The notes under the pieces are model-generated. The model was not told the DNA's origin. It was given only the letters and a program-made list of their open reading frames with translations, and made no database searches. Below are positions 8,713-17,090 of a stretch of 64,000 nucleotides of DNA, in pieces. This DNA is from Clostridia bacterium (GTDB lineage: Bacteria; Bacillota; Clostridia; Oscillospirales; CAG-272), in the NCBI GenBank assembly GCA_017398145.1, contig JAFQHD010000108.1, positions 4,456 to 68,455 on the forward strand. Reading direction: 5' to 3'. Each line of letters begins with the position of its first letter. Positions within the stretch are counted from its first letter, which is position 1. A program made the translations under genes and the position numbers.

Positions 8713-9337
8713 CCTTGACGGAACTCTTATAGATTCCATGCCCATGTGGCATAATTTCGTTGGGGTTTATCTTGATAAATACGGTATGAAGCCTGACGAA
8801 TATCTTCTTAAAAACGCAAAGGATATGACCTTTGAGGAGTCTTCGGAATATATTCATAAGCATTACGATATAGGCAAGAGCCCTGAGGAAATAGTAAAGG
8901 ATATGACCGATACTGCGGCAGATGCTTACACCAATACCATACCGATAAAGCATGATGTAAAGCCCTTCCTCTTTGCCCTGCGCTGTAAAGGTGTAAGAAT
9001 GTGTATCGCTACAGCCAGTCCCCGCGAATGGGCAGAATCGGTGCTCCGTAGACTTAACATAGATCATTATTTTTCGGTGATACTCTCCTGCTATGACCTC
9101 AAGACCTCAAAGAGTGAACCTATGATATACGACCGTGCCTTTGATATATTGGGTACAGACAGAGAGACCACCTATGTCTTTGAGGATTCGGTAAACTGTA
9201 TCCGCACCGCAAAGGCGGCGGGATATAAGGTCATCGGAGTTAAGGACGAGATGTCCGCACCCGATGAGGAAGAGATAAAGAAGCTCTCTGATATCTACAT
9301 AAAGGATTTCGACGATTTCCGCGGAATGGTAAGATAA
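8687..9337 (+). CDS. HAD-superfamily hydrolase (beta-phosphoglucomutase-like subfamily IA)
   Basis: DxDGT motif (FDLDGTLIDS), with later ATAS and EDS motifs. Confidence 0.8.
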   Translation: MIITGAIFDLDGTLIDSMPMWHNFVGVYLDKYGMKPDEYLLKNAKDMTFEESSEYIHKHYDIGKSPEEIVKDMTDTAADAYTNTIPIKHDVKPFLFALRCKGVRMCIATASPREWAESVLRRLNIDHYFSVILSCYDLKTSKSEPMIYDRAFDILGTDRETTYVFEDSVNCIRTAKAAGYKVIGVKDEMSAPDEEEIKKLSDIYIKDFDDFRGMVR

Positions 9338-9361
9338 AAAGCCTGCGACGCAGGCTTTTTA
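9337..9361. terminator. Bidirectional hairpin terminator
   Basis: AAAAAGCCTGC-gac-GCAGGCTTTTT. Confidence 0.8.
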
Positions 9362-9400
9362 TAATGCGGAATTATGGATGAAAACAGTTGCCAACTGTTT

Positions 9401-9673
9401 TCATTTGTTCTTGATTATCTTATCCGGGAATACAGAGGCGTTTATCAGGTCGGCGGGGTCTATATCCAAAGCATCCGCGATATTGAAAAATATCTCAAGG
9501 GAAAAGCTGTTCGCCATACCGGGTGCTTCGATAACGCTTATAGTATTTCTGCTGGTACCTGCTTTCTCTGCCAACTCCTCCTGAGATAAGCCTCTGAACT
9601 TTCTTAAGGTGGCGATAGCTATGCCTATTTGAATAAATCTGTCCTTGTTCTTATGCGAAACTTCTGCTCTCAT
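9401..9673 (-). CDS. XRE-family helix-turn-helix transcriptional regulator (90 aa)
   Basis: HTH_3-like segment LRKFRGLSQEELAEKAGTSRNTISVIE. Confidence 0.8.
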   Translation of the reverse strand: MRAEVSHKNKDRFIQIGIAIATLRKFRGLSQEELAEKAGTSRNTISVIEAPGMANSFSLEIFFNIADALDIDPADLINASVFPDKIIKNK

Positions 9674-9751
9674 ATATATATATCCTTTAATAGTTTTTCA
9701 ACTATATTATAGGATATTTAACGGCAACTATCAGTAGAGTTAGCAAAGCAC

Positions 9752-9780
9752 TTGACAAATTAGACAAGCAAATATATAAT
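9752..9780 (+). promoter_or_regulatory. Consensus sigma-A promoter (TTGACA-17-TATAAT)
   Basis: TTGACA at 9752-9757 and TATAAT at 9775-9780, with exactly 17 nt between them. Confidence 0.75.
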
Positions 9781-9786
9781 ACATAT

Positions 9787-9916
9787 GGTATTTGCTGTTG
9801 TAGCAATACGGTTATCCGGTCGGACACCGTTCTCTCAATATTCAACTGCCGACGCTTATCGTTGTATTGATTCCGATTCGGATAACAGTAAAAGGACTTG
9901 CATCGCAAGTCCTTTT
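9787..9916 (+). ncRNA. Candidate orphan small RNA (about 130 nt) running from the consensus promoter to a terminator
   Basis: No RBS-preceded ORF. Predicted helices: 9788-9796/9802-9809; GTTATCCG 9811-9818 with CGGATAAC 9879-9886; GTCGG 9819-9823 with CCGAC 9849-9853. Terminator GGACTTGC-atc-GCAAGTCC plus TTTT at 9894-9916. The downstream gene is convergent. Confidence 0.5.
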
Positions 9917-10523
9917 ATAATACTTCTTTTACTTTATTAAATATTTCCTCAGCTATAATCTCAGGTTCTCTTGTTCCGTCAACAATAAGGATGTTTTCTT
10001 TGTTTTTTAATTTATCAAACAGATCAAAGAAATTCTTTCTTATCTGTTGCTGACGGTCTAACTTTTCAAATATCTCTGTCTCACCGCGGCTTGACACTCT
10101 GCTCATCGACTGTTCTGCCGGAACGTCAAGGAAGATATGCAGATCGGGTCTTGCTATATTCGCAGCCTCGCGGTTAAGTGCCATTATCCAGTCGAGGTCA
10201 CAGTCAACCGATTGGTATGCATAGGAGGACAGGTAGTATCTGTCGCAGAGAACTACGTTGCCCCTTGCTAAATTGTCAAGTATACCGTTCTCGGTCGTTA
10301 TATGATGAAGCCTGTCAGCGGCAAAAAGAGCAGCTATAGCTCGAAGATCGGTCTTTTCCTCTCCGCCCAGATATTTACGAAGCTGCTTCCCCATAGGGTC
10401 GTCGGTGGGTTCCTTGGTTATATGTACGGGGATATTCCTTTCGGCGAGGGCTTTGTGCAGCAGCTTTATCTGTGTGGTCTTTCCGCTTCCGTCTATACCC
10501 TCGAATACGATGAATTTTGACAT
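9915..10523 (-). CDS. tmk: dTMP (thymidylate) kinase
   Basis: P-loop FEGIDGSGKTTQ, a DRY motif and a typical length of 202 aa. Confidence 0.92.
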   Translation of the reverse strand: MSKFIVFEGIDGSGKTTQIKLLHKALAERNIPVHITKEPTDDPMGKQLRKYLGGEEKTDLRAIAALFAADRLHHITTENGILDNLARGNVVLCDRYYLSSYAYQSVDCDLDWIMALNREAANIARPDLHIFLDVPAEQSMSRVSSRGETEIFEKLDRQQQIRKNFFDLFDKLKNKENILIVDGTREPEIIAEEIFNKVKEVL

Positions 10524-10557
10524 GTCATTCTCCGAATTTCGTGTTAATGAAAATAAC

Positions 10558-10576
10558 GGGCGACCTAAGGTCGCCC
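10558..10576 (-). terminator. Hairpin terminator downstream of the small acidic protein gene
   Basis: GGGCGACC-taa-GGTCGCCC, followed on the minus strand by GTTATTTTCATT. Confidence 0.7.
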
Positions 10577-10580
10577 CTGT

Positions 10581-10832
10581 TTAAAATGCAAGCTCTTCGC
10601 CGTCGTCGGTACTCTCTGCAACGTCATCAGCCTCATCGAAGAATCCGTCTCCGTCATAGCAGCCTTCGCAGTCATCAAAGAAAAAGTCATCGTCAAAATC
10701 AAAAGGATCGGTATCCTTTACATGGCGCTTCTTGTTGTATTTTTTGTAGATAAGGGCAACAGCCACAAAGATAGCCGCAAGAGATCCGAGGATCACTAAA
10801 ACCTTAATTAAAGTATTATTCTTCTTTTCCAT
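10581..10832 (-). CDS. Small N-terminally anchored membrane protein with an extremely acidic D/F-rich tail (83 aa)
   Basis: One TM helix (LIKVLVILGSLAAIFVAVALIY), then KKYNKKRH and an Asp/Phe-rich tail containing CEGC. I recognise no family. Confidence 0.55.
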   Translation of the reverse strand: MEKKNNTLIKVLVILGSLAAIFVAVALIYKKYNKKRHVKDTDPFDFDDDFFFDDCEGCYDGDGFFDEADDVAESTDDGEELAF

Positions 10833-10966
10833 TCTTCTACACCCTTTCCAAATTTATTTGGTGATAGTATTATAACACAAATATTATCGGATGTAAACAT
10901 GTTTTTGATGCAAAAATTAAAAAAAATATCAATAATTATATTAAAAGTTGCATTTTTCATTTAAAT

Positions 10967-12022
10967 ATGTTATACTACTGTATTATGATGAAAGAAATAC
11001 TCTGTATGATGCCCTCGGAGCTTGAAGAATTGCTTCTGGCTTACGGTGAAAAGGCATATAAGGCTAAACAGATATTTGCGTGGTTACACAGAGGTGCCGC
11101 CTTTGATGAAATGACCGATATCTCAAAGAAAACAAGACAGCTTTTAGCTGAGAATACCACCCTTGTATATCCCGAGATAGCAGAAAAGCAGGTATCAAGG
11201 CTTGACGGTACTGTGAAGTATCTATTCTCCATGCATGACGGACAGCTTATCGAGAGCGTCGTTATGCGCTACAAGCACGGTAACTCTATCTGTATCTCCA
11301 GTCAGGCGGGATGCCGTATGGGCTGTAAGTTCTGCGCGTCCACTCTCGGAGGCAGGGCAAGAGATCTCTCGGCGGGTGAGATACTGTCTCAGATAATCGT
11401 GGCACAGAAGGATATCGGCGAACGCATCGACAATGTTGTTATGATGGGTATAGGCGAGCCCCTTGATAACTATGACAATGTCATCCGCTTCCTTGACCTT
11501 GTGGGAGCCAAGGGCGGACTGAATATCGGCTACAGACATATTTCTCTCTCTACCTGCGGACTGGTGGACAAGATATACCGTCTGGCAGAGGAGAGCTATC
11601 CCATAACTCTTTCTATCTCCCTTCACGCTACCAACGATACCGAGCGAAGCGAGATAATGCCGATAAACAAAAAATGGTGTATAGACGAGCTGCTTACAGC
11701 CTGCAGAGCATATTTTGACAAGACAGGAAGACGCATCTCCTTTGAGTATACCCTTATCCATGGCAAAAACGACAGCCCACAGCAGGCTAAGCGCTTAGCC
11801 GCCCTTTTGCTTAAATATTTTTCGGGCGTGCCCTTCCATGTGAACCTCATTCCCGTAAACACAGTTGCGGAAAGCGGCTTTTCGGCGGGAGACGAGCAGA
11901 GTATTAAGAGATTTATCGACATCCTTGAAAAATCGGGTGTCAACGCCACGAAGCGCCGCAAGTTAGGCTCTGACATAGACGCTTCCTGCGGACAGTTAAG
12001 ACATAAGAAAAATACTGATTAA
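10967..12022 (+). CDS. rlmN: 23S rRNA/tRNA (adenine-C2)-methyltransferase, radical SAM
   Basis: CxxxCxxC-type motif (GCRMGCKFCAS) and the conserved KAKQIFAWLH. The start is ambiguous among the Met codons at 10967-11010. Confidence 0.9.
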   Translation: MLYYCIMMKEILCMMPSELEELLLAYGEKAYKAKQIFAWLHRGAAFDEMTDISKKTRQLLAENTTLVYPEIAEKQVSRLDGTVKYLFSMHDGQLIESVVMRYKHGNSICISSQAGCRMGCKFCASTLGGRARDLSAGEILSQIIVAQKDIGERIDNVVMMGIGEPLDNYDNVIRFLDLVGAKGGLNIGYRHISLSTCGLVDKIYRLAEESYPITLSISLHATNDTERSEIMPINKKWCIDELLTACRAYFDKTGRRISFEYTLIHGKNDSPQQAKRLAALLLKYFSGVPFHVNLIPVNTVAESGFSAGDEQSIKRFIDILEKSGVNATKRRKLGSDIDASCGQLRHKKNTD

Positions 12023-12035
12023 CGGAGGTGAGACA

Positions 12036-12827
12036 GTGTATTTTCTCGGTAAAACAGACATAGGCAAGCAGAGACAGACCAATCAGGACAACTTTCTGAC
12101 TATGCGTGTATGTGATAACATTACCCTTTTCGTTCTTTGTGACGGAATGGGCGGCACCAACGGCGGAAATATAGCTTCAGGTCTTGCCATCCGTACCTTT
12201 GCGGATCATATAGAGCAGGCTCTTGAGCCGTATATTGATGCTGACGACCTTTGCAACACAGAGGCACTTAGCCTTCCCGCACTTATGAACAGCGCAGTAT
12301 CCGCCGCCAACAGCGCGGTATACCGCAGAGCCAGAGAGAACTCCGAGCTTACCAATATGGGTACTACAATAGTTGCTGCCCTTGCCACAGAGGACGAGAT
12401 CCATATTGCAAACGTAGGCGACAGCCGTATGTACCTCTTGGAGGGTAAGACCCTTACCCAGCTTACCCACGACCACTCCTATGTGCAGATGCTGGTGGAT
12501 ATGGGTCAGCTTACAAAGGAGGAGGCGGCGACTAATCCCAGACGGAACATCCTTACCCGTGCGGTAGGCACAGAGCCGACGGTGGATGCGGATGTTATCA
12601 CCGTGGATATGCCAAAGGAAGGCTCTTATCTGATGCTTTGCTCGGACGGACTTTATAATTTTATTTCAGAGAAGGAATTTATAAACATCGTCCGCAAAAA
12701 ATATAAGGATTATGACGACGACGATTATGACGCAGAACTGACCTTTAAAACAGAATTGCTCGTCGATACCGCAAACCAGAACGGCGGCGGTGACAACATT
12801 ACTATTATTCTTATCAAGAACGTATGA
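12036..12827 (+). CDS. prpC: PP2C-family Ser/Thr protein phosphatase
   Basis: GTG start with GGAGG 7 nt upstream. Motifs NQDNF, DGMGG, GDSR and SDGL. Confidence 0.9.
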   Translation: MYFLGKTDIGKQRQTNQDNFLTMRVCDNITLFVLCDGMGGTNGGNIASGLAIRTFADHIEQALEPYIDADDLCNTEALSLPALMNSAVSAANSAVYRRARENSELTNMGTTIVAALATEDEIHIANVGDSRMYLLEGKTLTQLTHDHSYVQMLVDMGQLTKEEAATNPRRNILTRAVGTEPTVDADVITVDMPKEGSYLMLCSDGLYNFISEKEFINIVRKKYKDYDDDDYDAELTFKTELLVDTANQNGGGDNITIILIKNV

Positions 12828-12834
12828 GGAAATA

Positions 12835-14532
12835 ATGATGAACGGATTTGAAAAATATGTAGGTCAGGTATTTGACGGCAGATATAAGATAACCAAGATA
12901 CTGGGCGTAGGCGGCATGGCTGTAGTGTTTGAGGCGTTTGACACCAAGCTCAACCGTATAGTAGCACTTAAGATGCTCAAGGACGAGATAGCCAACGACT
13001 CTCAGTCTGTAAAGCGCTTTATTAACGAGTCCAAGGCAGTTTCCATGCTCTCCCATCCCAACATCGTAAGCATTTACGACGTTTCGGTTAAGGATAACCT
13101 TAAATATATCGTTATGGAGCGTGTGGACGGAATTACGCTTAAGAGCTATATGACACAGAAGGGCGTACTCTCTCTCTCCGAGACCATAAGCTTTGCGGAG
13201 CAGATACTCCGCGCCCTTGAGCACGCACATTCCAAGGGTATCATCCACCGCGATATCAAGCCTCAGAATATTATGCTTCTCAAGAACGGCAGGATCAAGG
13301 TAACCGACTTCGGTATAGCTAAGCTTCCCAACGCCGAGACTGTTACAATGACCGACAAGGCTATCGGTACGGTATTCTATATCAGCCCCGAGCAGGCAAG
13401 CGGTAAGGCTATAGATCAGCGAAGCGACCTTTATTCGCTTGGTGTTCTTATGTATGAGATGACTACGGGCAAGCTTCCCTTTGATGCGGAGAGCCCCGTT
13501 TCGGTTGCGCTCATGCAGGTCAACGCCACCCCTAAGCCTCCACGTGAGATAATGCCCAATATTCCTTTGGGCATCGAGCAGATAATTATGTTGGCGATGG
13601 AGAAGCAGCCTGAGCGCCGTTTCCAGAACGCTCCCCAGATGCTCCGCCATCTGCTCCAGATAAAGAACAACCCCACGTATGTATTTAAGACCAAGAGCCG
13701 TGACGGAAGGCTCACTGTCGGTGATAACGACAGCTCCAAGGGAAGCTCCAAGGCTCAGAAAAAGCCTTCTGTCAAGGGAGGCAGATCTATGTTTCCGGTG
13801 ATATTGGGCGTTACTCTTGCATTCCTTCTTGTCGTTGGAATATCGGTGGGCGTTGTTATCGACCGCTTCAAGGATTCTCAGGAGATGACCGCATCCCAGA
13901 CGGTCAAGGTTCCGGATCTTATGGGACAGATCGTCACAGATGATCTTAACAAGGAGCTTGTAAAGCAGGGCTTCAAGATCACGGTCACCTATGACGACAG
14001 TCAGCCCGAGATCGAGGTAAATACCGTTCTTAAGCAGTCTCCCGTGGCAGGCACCGAGCGAAAGATCATTCCCGGTCAGCAGTACTGCGATATCAATCTT
14101 ACCCTCAGCCGAGGCAAGGATGCCAAGGTGCTTCCCGACTTAACGGTCAAGGATTACCGCGAGGTTGAGATCAAGCTCACCGAGATGGGTCTCAAGTTCG
14201 TAGAGGAATTTGAAGAAAACGACAATATTCCCGTTGGTTATGTTATCCGTACCATGCCTATGGCGGGTGAGAAGGTCAATGCAGGCGAGACGGTTACCCT
14301 CTATATCAGCAAGGGTACGGACGTCAAGTATATTCAGGTTCCTAACTTCGTAGGTCTTACCGAGGCGCAGGCTAAGGCGCAGCTTGTTCAGTACAATCTG
14401 GCGCTGGGCGAGATAACCTACGAGCAGTCCTCCAAGCCCAAGGGAACGGTCATAGAGCAGAGCCGCGAGGCATACGAAAGCGTACCCGAAAAGACGACTA
14501 AGATCGATCTGGTAATAAGCTCGGGACAGTGA
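12835..14532 (+). CDS. prkC: Ser/Thr protein kinase with C-terminal PASTA repeats
   Basis: ORF 12790..14532. Kinase motifs HRDIKPQN and DFG, one TM helix, then three PASTA-like repeats. The ATG at 12835 follows GAGGA. Confidence 0.92.
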   Translation: MMNGFEKYVGQVFDGRYKITKILGVGGMAVVFEAFDTKLNRIVALKMLKDEIANDSQSVKRFINESKAVSMLSHPNIVSIYDVSVKDNLKYIVMERVDGITLKSYMTQKGVLSLSETISFAEQILRALEHAHSKGIIHRDIKPQNIMLLKNGRIKVTDFGIAKLPNAETVTMTDKAIGTVFYISPEQASGKAIDQRSDLYSLGVLMYEMTTGKLPFDAESPVSVALMQVNATPKPPREIMPNIPLGIEQIIMLAMEKQPERRFQNAPQMLRHLLQIKNNPTYVFKTKSRDGRLTVGDNDSSKGSSKAQKKPSVKGGRSMFPVILGVTLAFLLVVGISVGVVIDRFKDSQEMTASQTVKVPDLMGQIVTDDLNKELVKQGFKITVTYDDSQPEIEVNTVLKQSPVAGTERKIIPGQQYCDINLTLSRGKDAKVLPDLTVKDYREVEIKLTEMGLKFVEEFEENDNIPVGYVIRTMPMAGEKVNAGETVTLYISKGTDVKYIQVPNFVGLTEAQAKAQLVQYNLALGEITYEQSSKPKGTVIEQSREAYESVPEKTTKIDLVISSGQ

Positions 14533-14535
14533 TAT

Positions 14536-14582
14536 AATTCGTAATTAAATGAAGAAAATAGTGTCCAAAGGACACTATTTTC
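14536..14582 (+). repeat. Short heptad array (AATTCGT AATTAAA) plus a terminator hairpin
   Basis: GAAAATAGTGTCC-aaa-GGACACTATTTTC at 14554-14582. TAATTAAATGA gives a stop codon in all three frames. Confidence 0.8.
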
Positions 14583-14676
14583 ATCTTTTATGTATTATTT
14601 TACCTTGAAGATTCTTGCCAGTATAGGGGCAAGGAAACGGGGTGATTTTACAACTACTATTTTCATAATATGCTCC

Positions 14677-14835
14677 TTATATGTTTGTAAAATAAACTAC
14701 GCCTGCGCTGATTATGATAAGCGATTCTATGACTACCAGCACAGAGCAGGGCAAAAAGTAGGTCAGCAGGATACCCGCACCAAAGGCAAGGGCAATATAT
14801 CCGGCTGAACGGCAAATACATCTTACTGCGCGCAT
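14677..14835 (-). CDS. Small hydrophobic protein (52 aa), hypothetical
   Basis: Internal ATG of ORF 14677..15006, preceded by GGAAGGGA. Two predicted TM segments. Lies downstream of rsgA on the same strand. Confidence 0.45.
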   Translation of the reverse strand: MRAVRCICRSAGYIALAFGAGILLTYFLPCSVLVVIESLIIISAGVVYFTNI

Positions 14836-14896
14836 AACAAAATCCCTTCCGACATTCTCTAATAACAGAGTATGACAGAAGAGATATTTTGTGATA

Positions 14897-15793
14897 TTAC
14901 TTTTTATCCCATGCATGAATGTTCTTAAGTATCCCGTGAAGCTCAAGGAAACTTTCGTGTCGGCTCTTCGGTATCTTACCCTCTGATAGAGCCTCAAGTA
15001 TGGCACAGCCCTCTTCCTTTGTATGAGTGCATTTTGTGTATTTACACTCGCCTAAATAAGGCCTGAACTCGCGGAAGGTATAGGGAAGCTCATCTACGGT
15101 GTAATCATCGTATATGGTGGGATCAAGCATAGAAAATCCGGGAGTGTCCGCTATAAAACCGTTATAGCTTTCGTCACCGAAAAGGTCGTTGAGGGAGTAC
15201 AGTTCAACATGACGGGTGGTATGCTTGCCGCGCTGTATCTTGCGGCTCACGTCTCCCGTAGCAAGTCCCAGAGCGGGGAAGAGAGCATTAAGAAGAGTGG
15301 ACTTGCCTACCCCTGAAGCTCCCGAGAACGCAGATATCCTGCCGCGGCATTTTTCCTTGAAGAATTCGAGCAGCTCCGCTTTGTCGGAATCGGGGTCTGT
15401 TACAAACACATCCACACCGATGGAGGAATATATTTCTTTCAGCTCATCTGCTCTTTTGGGGTCAAGGTCATTCTTGGTTACTATGACCACAGGCTCGATT
15501 CCCTTGTGGTCGGCGATAGATATCATCTTGTCAAGGGTTGCGGTGACGGGCATAGGCTTTTTTGCTGCCGCTACTATAAAGAGGATATCAAGATTTGCCA
15601 TAGGGGGACGGATAAGAGTGTTTCTTCGGTCGATGATATCAACGATACAGTCATCCTCTATCACAACTCTGTCACCTACGTAGGGAGTTATATTTTCGTG
15701 GCGGAAAACACCTCTTGCACGGCATTGAACAATATTACCGTCGCAGAGGATATCATAGAGACCGCCGAGACCTTTTATAATAATACCTTCCAT
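14897..15793 (-). CDS. rsgA: Ribosome small-subunit-dependent GTPase A
   Basis: N-terminal OB domain, circularly permuted GTPase (TKNDL ... GASGVGKST) and a C-terminal zinc knuckle (CKYTKCTHTKEEGC). Confidence 0.9.
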   Translation of the reverse strand: MEGIIIKGLGGLYDILCDGNIVQCRARGVFRHENITPYVGDRVVIEDDCIVDIIDRRNTLIRPPMANLDILFIVAAAKKPMPVTATLDKMISIADHKGIEPVVIVTKNDLDPKRADELKEIYSSIGVDVFVTDPDSDKAELLEFFKEKCRGRISAFSGASGVGKSTLLNALFPALGLATGDVSRKIQRGKHTTRHVELYSLNDLFGDESYNGFIADTPGFSMLDPTIYDDYTVDELPYTFREFRPYLGECKYTKCTHTKEEGCAILEALSEGKIPKSRHESFLELHGILKNIHAWDKK

Positions 15794-15798
15794 ATAAA

Positions 15799-15848
15799 AA
15801 TTCTCAATTCTTAATTCTCAATTTAAGGTTACTTTTGCCCTGCAAAAG
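15799..15848 (+). repeat. Heptad array (AATTCTC AATTCTT AATTCTC AATTTAA) plus a hairpin, immediately upstream of the rsgA start
   Basis: 7-nt repeats at 15799-15826. Hairpin CTTTTGC-cct-GCAAAAG at 15832-15848. Confidence 0.8.
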
Positions 15849-15901
15849 CTTCATATATATTATATTTATAACAAAAATATTTGTCAAGTAAAGGAAAAAA
15901 G

Positions 15902-17050
15902 ATGTTAGAGCTTTTTAAGTCTGTAATCGAAAAAGGAATACTGAAAAAGATAATTTTAAGTAAGCCTGCCGACAAAAAAATATTAAAGAGTGTTGCCACT
16001 CTTATAAAGATAAAAGAGGAGCTTTATCTTCAGATAGAGACTTTTACAACTGACGGCAAGGCTACTCACCGAAACATCAAGGCAACGGATGCCCCCGATG
16101 CTCTTGTGCTTATGATAGGTCACGACTATAAGCAGGTCAATATTCTCACCGGTGCAGGCGAGGCACAGATAAAGGTCTCGGGCAAGGGCAAGATAACCGT
16201 GCTTGACCGCATAAAGGACAAGGGTGAAAAGGTGGCGGTACAGGGTCACGACCGCCGTAAGCAGCATATCATTTCTTCAACCGAGCCCGTTGACTTTCTC
16301 TTTGAATTAGGCGTTAAGGATCGCGACGGCAGAGTTTTTGATAAAAAGCGTTCCAAGTTCAGACAGATCAACCGCTTCCTTGAGCTTTTGTCTGAGGCGT
16401 ATAAGTTCCCTCGCGACAGAGAGCTTTATATACTTGACCTCTGCTGCGGCAAGAGCTACTTAAGCTTTGCGGTGTATTATTATTTCACAGTTATCGAGGA
16501 AAGAGCTGTCCGTATGGACTGCGTTGACTTAAAAGAGGATGTTATAGAATACTGCAATTCCGTTGCGGAAAAATTAGGATATACCGGACTTCATTTTATC
16601 TCAGGGGATATAAACGACTTTGAGCCTGTGACCACTCCCGATCTTACGGTGTCTCTTCACGCTTGTGATATTGCAACAGATATCGTGCTTGCCAAGGCGG
16701 TGAAATCTGGCAGCCGTGTTATTATGTCCACACCCTGCTGTCACCACGAGATGATGCATCAGTTAAAGCCAAGCGGCTCCGACTGTGATTTTATGCTCAG
16801 CCATTCGATCCTTATGCAGAAGCTCTGCGATGCGGCAACAGACTCGCTTCGCTGTCTTATGCTTGAATCCTGCGGCTACGACGTTACCGCCCTTGAGCTT
16901 ATCGATCCCGAGGAAACTCCCAAGAACGTGCTTATCCGAGGCATACGCAATGACAGGATGACCGAAGAAAAGAAGGCAGAAAAGCGCCGTGAGTACGACC
17001 GAATCTGTCAAAAGCTCGGTATAGAACCATATCTTGCAAAATTGATCTAA
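15902..17050 (+). CDS. Class I SAM-dependent methyltransferase with an N-terminal uncharacterised domain
   Basis: ORF 15881..17050. SAM motif I-like ILDLCCGKSY. The ATG at 15902 follows AAGGA. Confidence 0.7.
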   Translation: MLELFKSVIEKGILKKIILSKPADKKILKSVATLIKIKEELYLQIETFTTDGKATHRNIKATDAPDALVLMIGHDYKQVNILTGAGEAQIKVSGKGKITVLDRIKDKGEKVAVQGHDRRKQHIISSTEPVDFLFELGVKDRDGRVFDKKRSKFRQINRFLELLSEAYKFPRDRELYILDLCCGKSYLSFAVYYYFTVIEERAVRMDCVDLKEDVIEYCNSVAEKLGYTGLHFISGDINDFEPVTTPDLTVSLHACDIATDIVLAKAVKSGSRVIMSTPCCHHEMMHQLKPSGSDCDFMLSHSILMQKLCDAATDSLRCLMLESCGYDVTALELIDPEETPKNVLIRGIRNDRMTEEKKAEKRREYDRICQKLGIEPYLAKLI

Positions 17051-17090
17051 ATAGTGTATAATAAGATATCACTTTATAAGGAATGATAAT

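Noticed and set aside
9374-9908. ORFs 9374..9589 (+), 9378..9584 (+) and 9702..9908 (-)
   Set aside because: The first two are shadows of the XRE gene on the opposite strand. The third is antisense to the promoter-to-terminator unit at 9752-9916, lacks an RBS and would have to read through a strong terminator hairpin.
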